This document shows, piece after piece, positions 51,285 to 63,870 of a stretch of 64,000 nt of DNA. Every line of letters begins with the position of its first letter. Positions within the stretch are counted from its first letter, which is position 1. This stretch comes from Podarcis vaucheri (lineage: Eukaryota): NCBI GenBank assembly GCA_965113315.1, contig OZ220364.1. One strand, written 5' to 3'. The translations under genes were made by a program, and so were the position numbers. Under the pieces are notes generated by a model. The model did not search any database, was not told the origin of the DNA, and saw only the letters and a list, made by a program, of their open reading frames with translations.

Positions 51285-51438
51285 CATAGCTGTCAACTTT
51301 CAGATTTGAAAATAAGGGATCAGCAGCCTCACCTGTCCTGGGGACAGTCTACGGGATATCTAACAATCTGGGATAGCAGCGGGAAGCAGCGCTGGAATAA
51401 GGGAATTTCCCGCAAAAAAGGGAAGGTTGACAGCTATG
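51285..51438. mobile_element. Small hAT-like MITE (154 bp)
   Basis: Perfect 13-bp TIR catagctgtcaac/gttgacagctatg; perfect 8-bp TSD CCCATGGG at 51277-51284 and 51439-51446. Confidence 0.9.
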
Positions 51439-54400
51439 CCCATGGGCCACTTTGACAGGCAAGCAGTGCCACCCACCCGTCAGTCGCCTGGCATCACCCA
51501 TGACACCAGCTGACCCACCTTCAAAGGAAAGAACAGGAAGCTCACAGCCAATTCTTTCTTTTCTTGTTTTGCAGCCTGGCTTGAACTCAAGCCAAGCTGC
51601 AAAAGAAGATTCCTGCCAAAAAGGGGCCTGCTGGTCAGCATAAAACTTTAGAAGACATTTGTGCTGATTACATGACTAAAGCCTTGATTCTATAAAGTAT
51701 TGCTCTCTAGTTTTGTGAAAATATTTCTAGGGGGGCTTTTCAAATATATTTCCGAGTTACAACCTTTATGCTACTGGTTCCTCAGGGACTTTTCTTGAGT
51801 ATGTGGTTATAAAAATTGCCATCTTGTTAAATAACCTTGCAAGTGATTTCTGTTCCAAAAATGTACAACGTATTTAGTTATTTGGAATACTGAAGTAGAC
51901 AAATATTCTATATTTGTACTGGTGAAGAGATCTGCATGAAGGATGCCTTTTTGCTGCTGTTGACTGTTACTTAAATGGGTTTTTTTCAGTGCCTAGACTG
52001 TGTTTCTCCAAGGTTACCAAGGAAACAATGATGCCATTCAGCAATAAATACTAATTGTACTGGATGTGTACTGTGTTAATAGAACCAGGGCCCACATCAG
52101 AACATGGTATATCGGAACAGGGAGGGTTCACTGGTGCTACAGTCAGGCTCAGCACCATGGGACAGCCTGCTGTTCTTACACAGTCACTGACCTCTGTAGC
52201 CAGCAGCCTGCTTACCTGTCCAGAGTGACAGCTGGCAGGGATGTGTGTGTGAGAGAGAGAACAGGTGCTGACTGGGCCTGCAGATGGCAGGTGCAAAGCC
52301 TGCAGCTTCATCATCTTTAATTATGCTGGCCCCACCTCTGCCATAAGAACAGATGATGGGCCCAATCCAGCATCCTCTTCTCACAATAGTGAACCGGATG
52401 CCCATGGGAAACCCCTGAGCAGAATTTGGGTGCAACAGCATGCTCCACACTTGTGCTCCCCAGCAACTTTTATTCAGAGACATACCACCTCTGATACTTT
52501 AGGTAGTACACAGCCATCACGATTCGTAGCCATTGGTAGCTTTATCCTCAATGATTTTTTCTAAACTCCCTTTAAAGTCCGTTTGGTGGCCATGCTACAT
52601 CCTTCAACATTGAATCCCACAGTTTAACTATTTGCTTCTTGAAGAAGTATTTCATTATATCTGCCCTGAACCTCCCAATATTCATTTTTATCCTGGTGTT
52701 CTCTCTATCCACTTTCTCCTGCACCTCTATCTTGTCCTGTCCCTCCCCCATCCCTCTTTTTTCTTGAACTAAAAAGTACCCAGTGTTTTAACCTTTCCTC
52801 ACAGGGGAGTTGCTCCAGCCCCTTTTATCATTTTGGAGGAATTCAACATCAAGCTGCCACAAACATTTCATCATTGTGAACATTTCTGCTTGTCTGACAG
52901 AATGATATCCCCTCTTCTCCACACACAGTTCTAGGGTTTCTTCCACCACCCTGAACCAATTTGAGGGGAGCATGAGGGGAGGAGAGGGGAAAGCTCCACT
53001 GCACTAGCTGAAGTCCTTGTGCAGGCTTCTGCTACTGAAACCAGCTAGCTGAATCTGGCCCACGATGTCTATTGGATTCCCCCTCCCCCTTTTAAGCACT
53101 AGTCCCTTTTCAAAAATATTAGTTCTTAGCAACATGACTAACCATTACTGTTTAGAAATACTTGTGCCCATGTTTGTCTTACGTCTTTCACATTATCATT
53201 TATCCATTCCGCTTAATTGCTCACTTTCTATTTTGTGTATGCACAAGTCACCCCGCCAAGTTCTCAAGGTTCCCTTAGGTTGGTTTTTTTTTGTTTTTTT
53301 TTGAAGTGTGAAGTAATACTGGGTCCATGGCAGATATCAGGTGGGGGACAGACCTCTGTGTACGTGGCGTTTCTTCCTTCTATTTGGACCTAAGTACTTT
53401 ACTTGGAGGGAGGGAAATGTGATTCCATGCAACTTGTATTTATTATCTGCATATTTTCCAAACATAGAATAAAATGATTCTTTGCCAATCTGTGATGCTC
53501 AAACTTTGAACACTCAAGCACTGGTGAGATTTCACATGCAGCTGGGGGGGGGGGGGATAAAGCCTGAACCAAAATAGCTTCACAACCAGCTTGTATGGGT
53601 TCGTTGTCACCTCAAATGGCAATGACAAGAAAGGGCAAATCTTCAGCAGTAAACAGTTCATTCCATTTCCTTTTTAACCATTTGCTTCCAAGGTAACCAA
53701 TAATGCAAGGTTCCATTGATAGACTAGACTTGTAAATCAGTTTTTAACCACGAGTCCCCAGATGGTTGTTGGTCTCCAACTCTGTCACCTCCAGAAAGCC
53801 TAGCCTACTGGTCAAAACTAAGTTCTCTGAGGAATCAAGGCTGAAGGATATAAATCACCTTATAAAGAAAGTGGGTGCATGTGCATGTACACATGCACGT
53901 GCACACACTATCACTGTAAAAAAACCCCAGGAGCAATTCAATTTCTGTTCAGATAGGATTCTTCAATGCATATGTATAATAGCCATTACCCAGCACCGAA
54001 TCAGTGACCTAAAAATAAAGTTACAGGCCTTAAGAATCCAAACTATAAAAGCAATGGCTCATCACCAAAGTCAAATTTTCTCAGATAAGACTTACCTGGA
54101 TATTACTATTTAGAGCTTCAGCAGTCTAAGGCAAAACCTTTTTCTCCACACATCATTCAGTCTTACTACCTTTAAAATTTGTCTCAGTTCTTTATTTTCA
54201 GAGTAACTCAGAATTAGCCACATTTTCCCCCTCATAGTAAATCACTGTATTTTTCACCCTTATTAAACAAGTAGGTTTTATAATTGTGCAGAAAAAAATA
54301 GTCTGGTAAGGCTTTAAAAGGTAAATAAAACGTAAGGTTTATTCATGGCAAACAAAGCCATTCTAAGTCTAGGTTTTATATGTGGCCCAGATGGAGCCAG

Positions 54401-54811
54401 AACTTAACACTAGTAGATGCTAGCTCATGCTAGGACTGACTAACTTGGAGATGAAGCAGGAAGGAAGGAAAGTTACTTGAAAGGGAAGGAATCAGGGAGT
54501 GGCACAGACAGGTTGCCTTTCTATCTATGCCTCTCCCCCACCCCCAATTAAGGGAACTTACTGCATTGTGTTGTTGCTTTACTCCCAGCAATAATATCAA
54601 AACCTGACTTCTCAATAATACTTTAATAGGGACAGTCATCTTTATTTGGGGGGGGGATATTGTTTTCAGTCTGTAATGTTGGCTTAATTTCTATAATCAC
54701 CAAGCTGTTGGTAACTGTCAATGTTCTTAAATATTTAAATGGTTGGTGTGGGTGACATATTTTCTTTTATGTGCACAGTGGTTAAAGGTTTTACCTCCTT
54801 TCCCTGAACAG

Positions 54812-54897
54812 TTTGAAAACGAAATCATTTTAAAATTGGACCATGAAGTGGAAGGAGGCCGTGGAGATGAGCAATATCTGCATTTGTTTGAATCAAT
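54812..54897 (+). CDS. DOCK2: DOCK2 coding exon (approx. exon 34), [29 protein letters not shown]
   Basis: ccctgaacag acceptor, gtaagt donor; 86 nt; [15 protein letters not shown] motif. Confidence 0.97.
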
Positions 54898-55367
54898 GTA
54901 AGTACAAAGAACAGGCAAATCCTTAGTTTTGGGGTAGGATTCAGCCAATGAGCCCCATCAGTGGAAGCCCTGCACAAGGACTTCCATTTGTACAAATGGG
55001 CTTTCCACTCTTCTTTCCACACACATCCCAAAATTGGTTCAGGGGGAATGTTGTGTGAGAGAACCTCCAGAACAGCACACAGTGGGAGGAGAATGGAGAT
55101 TGTTCCATCCAGTAAGTTGAAATGCTTGCCCTGACAGAACAATCACTTTAGCACGATGATGAATGCCTCCCACAATTTTTAAGGTTGTTATATTTTAAAG
55201 TTTAACATTTGTTTTAAGTACGATCCATATAGTAACTTATTTATTGTACTTCTCCCCTGTTCTTACATGGGGCTTCCAGTGGTCTCCTAGAATATGGCCA
55301 CGAGATCCACCTCTGCTTAGCTTCAGGGTATTCCTTGGAAAATCTCTTTAAATGGGCATTTTTTTAA

Positions 55368-55371
<4 letters not shown>

Positions 55372-55401
<30 letters not shown>

Positions 55402-55403
55402 GT
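55372..55403. repeat. (GT)n(GC)n alternating purine-pyrimidine tract
   Basis: gtgtgtgtgtgtgtgtgtgtgcgcgcgcgcgt. Confidence 0.93.
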
Positions 55404-55987
55404 TTGTCTTAAATAAACATAGGTCTGTAACTCAATTGTGCCCCCAGGGCACCTGTGCTCTGTCATGCAAATATATATACAGGCAGGGAGTGAAAAATGC
55501 TTCAGGCATAAAATATTCCCATTCAAATTTAGTGTGCCTCAAAACACAAACTTCTCCAGAGATGGTAGACCTGACTCAGAAGCAAAACAGAAAGTACATC
55601 ATAAAATTGGAACATGTTAGGATGTGGTATTGGAGCTAAGCTACTGGGTTTGTTGTTGTTAGAGCTAGTATGTTCAATCTAGCATCGACCACCATAGAGG
55701 TTAGCACAGTCTATGCTTGCCTTGCAGATGGCTGACCTGTAGCAGCATGTATGTTGGGGTGGAGCAGCCTTCCTGACTCCAGAGTCATTGCTGCTTACCT
55801 GGACAAGACTGGGGCAGTGCAACAGCAGGGTCAGGGCGTGTGGGTGCACCTGTGGGAGTACCTGATTGGTCTCACTGGGGCACCTACATGGCGCTGACCT
55901 TACGACCACTCTGCCCCCACACCAGCCAGGCAAGCAGCAGTAATGGATCCATGGCTTTACCCCACATACTTCTGTGGCTGACATAAA

Positions 55988-56334
55988 AAGGTAAAGGTAA
56001 AGGGGACCCCTGACCATTAGGTCCAGTCATGGCCGACTCTGGGGTTGCGGTGCTCATCTCGCTTTATTGGCTGAGGGAGCCGGTGTACAGCTTCCGGATC
56101 ATGTGGCCAGCATGACTAAGCCGCTTCTGGCGAACCAGAGCAGCACACGGAAACACCGTTTACCTTCCCGCTCGAATGGTACCCATTTATTTACTTGCAC
56201 AGGTGTGCTTTCAAACTGCTAGGTGGGCAGGAGCTGGGACCGAACAACGGGAGCTCAGCCCGTCGCGGGGATTCGAACCGCCAACCTTCTGATCAGCAAG
56301 CCTAGGCTCTGTGGTTTAACCCACAGCACCACCC
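55988..56334 (-). mobile_element. Sauria SINE
   Basis: Reverse-complement tail aaggtaaaggtaaagggg, body and head; short direct repeat gacata on both flanks. Confidence 0.93.
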
Positions 56335-59300
56335 GACATACTGGCATGCAAATCAGTTGTAAGGAAGTGTCCATAATATATAAACAATTTGTTTTTGCAA
56401 AGGTACTTTGCATCCAGATGCTGATTGATCCCCTACGTAAATACATAGGGGAACACTGGCTAACATTTTTTACACTTTTGGAGGCATTACAGAAATTAAA
56501 TTGGCTTAGTCATTGGACAGTACCCTGTTTAATACATGCAATCCTTCCCTCCTTTTCTTAACATGTGTGGATGGGTTCTGTTTCTAGAATGGAACTGAAC
56601 AAGCATAAGAGCAAAAATAGAGTAGTGGCTTTGTTACCTCAACTTGTCACCCACCATAATTCTGGCCATACTAGGAAATGGATAATTACTTCTCTTTTTC
56701 CCAAGGTAAAGATATATTCTTATTATCTAAGGGAGCTGTTGATCTCAAAGGCACAGTTTCAGCACAGAAGCAACATATGATGAACGGCATCATCTCTTGA
56801 CTTTGTCTTCTTTGTTGCTGTGGCCTACAACTTTCTGCTTTACAAAATAATACTTAATTTTCATGCTTAACTCTGAACATGCTCTTTGACAGTTGAACTG
56901 TGAATCAACTTATCAAAGAGCAGCCTAAGAATCAGAAAATAATTAATACATATGCAACTAGAGGTCTGTGCATAGAGGTCACAGAAGAAGTGTGGACAGT
57001 CATGTTGAAATGCGCAAATCTCTTCTTTCCTGAAGGGCAGAACCATTCCCCTGCACTTACATTTGATTTATTACAAACTACATACAAACCTTCAGGTAAA
57101 TTAAGTCTTTTAAGTCAAAAATAAGTTTAAGCAGAATACCTCAATAATCAGAAGACAAACATCCCCAACAGTGGTCCTTTTGGGAGGCAGAAATTTCAGG
57201 AAAGAGGTTAAATACGTCTGTGGAAATATATCAGCTTGGAACGTATAAAATGATGATGATCTGCACTTTCAAAATTATAGAGATTCCTGGAGAATGCCAC
57301 AGAAAGCATTGCAGTATTTCATCCTGACACTTCTCAGTGCTGCTCAATTGAATTGTTACATGAGATGACAGAATCTAATGAAATTCACCTTGTTATAGAT
57401 TCCCATCTATATTATTTCTGCCAGATTGGGAATAGCCAGAGTGAATAATTGGGGACATGACCCCTATTTTGTTCTGGAGTATCCCAGAAACATTGTGCCA
57501 CCTGAAGTCAAGGCTTCACATGCTGTGGATAATAAGTTGTTTGTTTGTTTGTAAAAGCAATGATTTGGAACATCTATTTATTTAATTTGCTTTGGCTCAT
57601 ATTCTGCTGCCTGATGCTTGTATTTTGCCCTTTTCCAGAAGGCAGGACAGGTAACATAGAATAGAGCTACTCTGTCCTAAAGTAATGGTTTCAGATGGTC
57701 TGATGTATACAGAACACAATCCTCCTCATAACTCTCAAAGTTAAAATGTGGAGAATTGCATTTCTCAAAATACTTCCCTCCTGCAAAGCCTATTTAAGAC
57801 CAATATGGGAAGAATATGCCATACCATGAATTTTGTCCTGGAGGTCAGAAGTTATTCAACTGAGATACCAGTGAAGATGGAAACAATAGAAATTAAGTCA
57901 AATGCTGTTTTAAATTTAATAGATTGCACTACACAGTAATACTGCAATCAAATAACCTTAGGAAAAAAGAATGTGGCACTGGGTCACTTCAGAACACAGG
58001 CTGAGGATAGTACGAAGAATGTTCCTCCATGTCAAATATGCCCTTTGTACAGGAATCAAAGCACTGCATGTAGTGTTTTAGTGAAAAGATGCTATAGTCC
58101 ATTGTCCCTGGTGTGCTAGATTGCAGAGAGCAAGGAAAAATATGTTTACACCTCTATGGAACTTTTCTCAAGGAGAAGAAAACTCAATATGCTTAGGAGG
58201 GAGAAATCAATTTAAATTGAGCCAAAAGGGTAATTAGGATTTGACCATGGTTGTTTTTCACTGTCACCATGGAGTGAGTTTGAATCTGTAGCTGTGTCAT
58301 TAGAGTCTGACAGCATGGCCACTGGTGAAGGATGTTGGGAACTATAGTCCAACAACATTTGAAAGACCACAGGTTTCCCACCTTTGCCTTTGATGGAAGA
58401 GCAAGGTGCAAGTGAACTATGAAAGGAAGCATAAATAAATTCCCAGTGTACAGAGTAACTCCTCACATTCCTTATGGAAAGCCCAAATATTAGGTTGAAA
58501 GTTAGATTATTCTTTGGAGGTTAACATTAAATACCTATTAAAACATGCCACGATATCTAATGAAAATGCAAGTTTGCATTTTCTAAAGAATGCCAATGAA
58601 TTACAAAATAAATTTGCATATGTAAAATATACTAGTGCATTACAACACAGCTTTGCATTTAAATGAATTTGCTAATGAAGCCCAGGGAAATCAAGAACTG
58701 TACATACTGCAGCAAAGCAACAATTCAAGACATGCAGGATAATTGCGTTTTAAGACGGTGAAGAATGAAACTGAGCATTTGCTAATTTCTTGTCATTATT
58801 TTCCAGTGCAGTGTCCCTCATAATTTCCATAATTTATCAGATTTAAAATCCTTAATGGACTTGGTTAGTTGCTGCTGCAGTCACTTAAAAGCTAGATCAG
58901 AATGTAGGAAGACAGGATGCTTTAACAGGATGTGACTATAATGGTGCAAAAAGAAACATCACCAGCCTCTCACTTTGTCAGAACCCATGAATCCCCTGCC
59001 TCACATTAAAGCAAAGCCAGAAGACATGAAGAAAATACATTCAGGCAGCACTGTAGTGTCACACATTCAATGACTCAAGACTGAAAATTACCCTGCTGTA
59101 CAGAAGCAGCTATCCTATCTTTTCAGTGCATTTTTTCACTGAAATGGTAGTGAAAAGGCAGGATAGGACTGGCAGGATGGGCAAAACACCCCCATGAGAT
59201 TTCCTCCAAATGATCATATTAAATTCATTTGCAACTGCCGCAGACCTTCTGCACACCTGATCAAGGACAGCAAGTACTTTTGTGAACTGGAAGTACTTAT

Positions 59301-59573
59301 GCACAGAGGATTACAACAATTTGTATGACCGTGGCATAACTGACTGCTGCCACCATGGATTCACTGTAGTGTATGCATGTACTTCTAGTTCACACAGTAT
59401 TTCGAGCACATAATCACAGACGTGGACAAGTTGGGTAACATGGCAGTATTTGACCAGCTCTGCCATGCCTGAGAAACAGTCTGTCACTATCTTGCTGGAG
59501 GGATTTAAGTGCATACTGGAATGTTGGGTTTTGTGCAGTTGAAGTGGCTCTGTTATGCTAGTGCAACAAACCC

Positions 59574-59619
<46 letters not shown>

Positions 59620-59720
59620 TTTATTTGTATCCCGCCCTCCCCAGCCAAAGCTGGGCTCAGAGCGGCTAACATCATATAAATAAGACAATATGCATAATAC
59701 AAGCGATCAATCAATTAAGA
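59574..59720 (-). mobile_element. LINE (L2-like) 3' end with an (ATT)n tail
   Basis: (aat)n at 59574-59617 followed by tttatttgtatcccgccctcccagcc..gggctcagagcggct; same architecture as 4320-4487, in reverse. Confidence 0.6.
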
Positions 59721-60506
59721 TACATCCCACAATGAATTCAAACAATTAAAATTAAAATTGGACAAGTGGCAATCTTCAGGTTAAAATTGGAAGCGGTTAA
59801 TACTCGCCAAGACCAACTGCTTCCACTGATATTATAAGGACCTATGAGCGGTTCTTAAAAAAAGAAATGGCCTTTTTGCAGTTTGGAAAGTGACAGGGAA
59901 ATGCATAAAGTGTGGAATGAACAAATCACTAATGGGAAGATGTATAAACACCTGCAAGCAAATCAAGATGGTTGCAGGGCATTCAAAAAAATCAGAATGA
60001 ATGATCAATAAAGACCATATGTAATCTAACCTCTGCTTAAGCTTTGTGCTAGTAAATCAGAATGAATTATCAATAAGATTTGCTTATTGGGTAGCAAGGG
60101 GGCATATAACCAAATGCCAGAAGTAGGGAAATAGCCATCAGGTTGGGCTGTGGAGGTGGTGTGAGCACACATTTCCCAGATGGGTGAATCTAAACTGCTT
60201 GATTTCTTTTATTCCTGGGCTTTTAACTTAAACTAGCAGCCAGAAGCTTTACTTTGGAAAAACATAGCAGACCTGCAAAACCCATTCTGGAAGCAATGTA
60301 CACGTGTGTGTAGAATAGTGGGGTTCTGGGCAACAGTGCCTAGAGTATCATATTTATAGAGGTATAATCCCAGACTTGCAGTCAAATGATTTTATTCACT
60401 GCTCCCCTCTCTCCCCATCTCCCCTCCCTTCTTATTGCCAAGAGGAACATCCACCAGTGTGTCTTCTCCAACATGCTGGTTCTCATACTGTCTTCTTTAT
60501 TTTCAG

Positions 60507-60663
60507 TCTCACCGAGTGTTCCTCAAGTTATGCCAAGATTGCCAAGGCAGTTGAAACGTTTGTAAGCCTAGTCAAAGGCCTTTTGGAAAAGCTGTTGGAT
60601 TACCGTGCTGTGATGAATGATGAAAGCAAGAACAACCGCATGAGCTGCACTGTGAATTTGTTG
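60507..60663 (+). CDS. DOCK2: DOCK2 coding exon (approx. exon 35), [52 protein letters not shown]
   Basis: tttattttcag acceptor, gtatgt donor; 157 nt; visible within ORF 60376..60708. Confidence 0.97.
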
Positions 60664-61024
60664 GTATGTAGTGTATTGAAGGGTTGTTTGAAGACGTTCT
60701 TCAGATAGTAAATCAAGAAATCCATACACTAGCATGGTGGGGAAATGTTTTGAAGTTGTGAGCAATCTACAAAATCTGCAAATGCTTGGTCTGTTTTGAA
60801 GGTGGCTCATAGTAATGACTGAAGGGAGTAAACATAGAAAGGAAATGGAAGCTATACTGTATCCTTATATTATCATAGACCTGGAAGGGGAAAAATAAGT
60901 TATCAAGTCTAAATTTTATAATGTTAGATAGAAACTTCTATCCAAAAAGTATTAAGAGAACACTCCATGTATTCCCAAAGAATAAAATTGGGCTGCTAAC
61001 TAAGGGAGCAGCAAGCCAATATGC

Positions 61025-61260
61025 TCAACAACAACAACAACATTTATATAGTACCTTTGGGGTACTATATTAGATCAGTACCAGTAATTCTTACAATAGC
61101 CCAGTAAGGAAGGTCGATACAATTCCCTTTATCCTGTTGATGGGACACTGAGGCGTAGAGGGTAGATTCACACCTAGTGTACTCATGCCTGAGGTAAAAC
61201 TTGAATGAACCAGGTACTTTCTGATTCACAGCTTATCTACACTACTACTGTCTCTTACTG
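61025..61260 (-). mobile_element. CORE-SINE (MIR/Ther1-derived) remnant
   Basis: cttacaatagcccagtaagg...gatgggacactgaggc resembles the MIR core in reverse; (caa)n tail. Confidence 0.55.
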
Positions 61261-61297
61261 CTGTATACATCATAGAAAAAAACATATGGTTATAGAG

Positions 61298-61438
61298 CAT
61301 AGAAATCATAGAATTGTAGAGTTGGAAGGGACCCTGTAGTACAGCCCTCTGCAATGCAGGAATATGCAGCTGCCCCATACAGGGATCGAACTTGCAACCT
61401 TGGCATTATCAGCACCACAATCTAACCAACTGAGCAAT
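61298..61438 (-). mobile_element. tRNA-Ile-headed SINE with a CR1-type tail
   Basis: Reverse complement reads gctcagttggttagattgtggtgctgataatgccaaggttgcaagttcgatccc...cctgcattgcaga...gggtcccttccaactctacaattctatgatttct. Confidence 0.78.
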
Positions 61439-62024
61439 CATAATGCTCAGCACTTTAACTAAGCCACATCTTACAGAGAAAGGCAACATTTGCTGTACCT
61501 GCAAGGGTACTGGCCATTCTGAGCTGCCTAACTTATCCACCCTGTTTTCTGTCTTCGAATGTATGTCACAGTTTGTATTTGATCAAAAATAGTCCCATTG
61601 GCTACCTATGAAAAACTGTCAGTGCCAGCAAGAACATATACAGTACATTAGAATTCATGTTACATTACTGGGCAAATAGAAGGCCTGATTCTTACTTTTC
61701 TCAAGCAAAAACTTTTCATCAACAATTGCTGTCATGATCTCAAAAGATTTTCACCCTAATGGTTTCAAAATATCATTTCAGCAGAACTGTTGTGGGGAAA
61801 TATGTTATGACCCTAGATTGGGACAGTACATTACTGATTATTGTATGAATTCTGGTTTCAATTAGAGGCAGTGCATAAGTAATGCATATTCATGTTAGTG
61901 CTAATTAAAGCCTTGAAATTTTAGTGATGAAATATGACATAAAGGCAAAGTGATTCCCTGAATGAAACTAACCATGATTTCTGTGTGCAAAGGTGATCAG
62001 ATTTCATTCATTTTCCTTCCCTAG

Positions 62025-62065
62025 AATTTCTACAAGGAGATTAACCGTGAAGAGATGTATATAAG
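62025..62065 (+). CDS. DOCK2: DOCK2 coding exon (approx. exon 36), NFYKEINREEMYIR; start of the DHR-2 region
   Basis: ttttccttccctag acceptor, AG|gtatgg donor; 41 nt. Confidence 0.96.
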
Positions 62066-63566
62066 GTATGGTGATCGTTCGGCTGGTTTTGTTGTTATTG
62101 GAGATACTGCTATTGCTTTTCCTCACATAATCTACAGGAAGTTATATGTAATTATGGTACATAACTGATAGCACTCCATTCCCCTCAACTTTGCAATGTC
62201 TGAGGCTCATCCAGTCCTGTATAAATTTTGCTTGAGCCTTCTGCAACTAAGCCATGCCATACATATAACTTTAATTCCCTACCTCACCCTGGTATTTCAT
62301 TTGAGTGAACCAATCAGGTGCCTGGCTTTCTCTCTCTAAAAGTTATGTAACGGGAGCTGAAATTTGAAGCAAAGTAGATGACACATTCCAAGTTGGCAGA
62401 TGGAATCAATCCTGATTGCTTTGCATTCGACAAAAATCTGTAAATAAAGACCTGCTCTGTGGGGTGTGCTGCTGCACATGGAGCACTACATTTGGAATTA
62501 GATCGGAAGTCGAAGATATCTTTGCAGAAACAGCTTTTTTATAAGATGTATATTGTGAGTATGTGTGTGATGATGATAAATAGGCACATTAGATTTGTAA
62601 AGCCATTAAACTGCATCTGTAAATCCATAGGCAACAGTCAGCATTTTAAACCCTGCTAGAAACATGCAAGTTGTTTCTCCCTTCCTCGCTCCCTATTTTC
62701 AACTCATAGGCAAACTTAGGATTTTATAAAGCAGGCCAACAAGCATCTTTCAAACTAGTATATTAGGACAGGCAGTTTGTCAAGATGGATCGTACCTGCA
62801 ATGTGAACTTGGAGATGTGCAGTGCATGCAGTTTACCTGTGCTTTCAGTTCTGATGTTCATTTTCTTTCTCTTGGAACAATAAAAATACAATGCAAGAAC
62901 TGTTTCCTCCCTGCCCCACAAAAAATAACCCTTCTTTTGAATATGCACTCCTCTTAAAATTTTGAATTCCAACATGTTACATCAGTTTCTTCATGAAACT
63001 TGCCTATCTTCTTATCAGGGCATGTTGCTTCTTCCCTTATATAAATATAGTATAAAGATATGGATATTTAGCAAGCCTTTTGTGTCTCTGTGAATTTGGA
63101 TAATGTCAGCTGCAACTGACAGAAGATATATGTAGCTCCTTTCATGGACTACAAGAAAGCATCAGCACCAACTCTGGTTTTAAGCCTGTTTTCAGTATAG
63201 ATAGAAGCAAAGTGGTGAAAGGAGAATAATTAAGGATGTGAGGCTCCCTCATTTCTCTTTTTTGTAATGCAGCAAAAGTCAGTGGGAGTGGTCTTCAAAG
63301 CACTCATTATGTTCTCATTTGTATGTTAGCTTTCGTGCCTTCACATTGTCAAGCTTTGCTTCATAATGCAGTCAGTCAGAAATATAACATTTGATCCGGC
63401 CAGACATTAAGCATTTTTAAAGTTCTATTAGTCTGAACTCAGTTTTAATACATTATTTTTTTATTATACGTCCCAGATTTGAATGGTGGCAGTCCTGCTC
63501 ATCTTGCTAACTCTTCATTAACTTTTCTTTTGTTCTGTCTCACTCACTCGCTTCATCCACTAACAG

Positions 63567-63657
63567 GTACTTGTATAAACTTCGGGATCTTCATTTAGAC
63601 TGCGAGAACTACACTGAGGCAGCCTATACTCTTCTGCTGCATGCTTCGCTTCTGAAA
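63567..63657 (+). CDS. DOCK2: DOCK2 coding exon (approx. exon 37), [30 protein letters not shown] (DHR-2 lobe A)
   Basis: ccactaacag acceptor, gtaagt donor; 91 nt; [12 protein letters not shown] motif. The gene continues beyond the window. Confidence 0.97.
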
Positions 63658-63870
63658 GTAAGTAATGTTATGAATTTCAGTTGGTCTACTGTGGCTGAGA
63701 CTAACATTTGATACATTTCATGGGGCCTACAAACAGGGGACTATCAAGACAACTGTAAACCATTGGCCCTTTTCCACTAGCACCCCTAACAAAGTTTGAA
63801 ATGGGAGAGCACTGAAGCGCATTTAAATCCCACGCTCTTTCATCTTCCCCCGGCCTTATACTGTATACAG

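Noticed and set aside
59110-59688. Minus-strand ORFs with His/Cys residues suggestive of an integrase zinc finger
   Set aside because: No convincing HHCC spacing or DDE core; the poly-Tyr run comes from an (AAT)n microsatellite.
62195-62460. LTR-like arrangement (CCAAT, AATAAA)
   Set aside because: I could not find matching TG...CA termini with a TSD.
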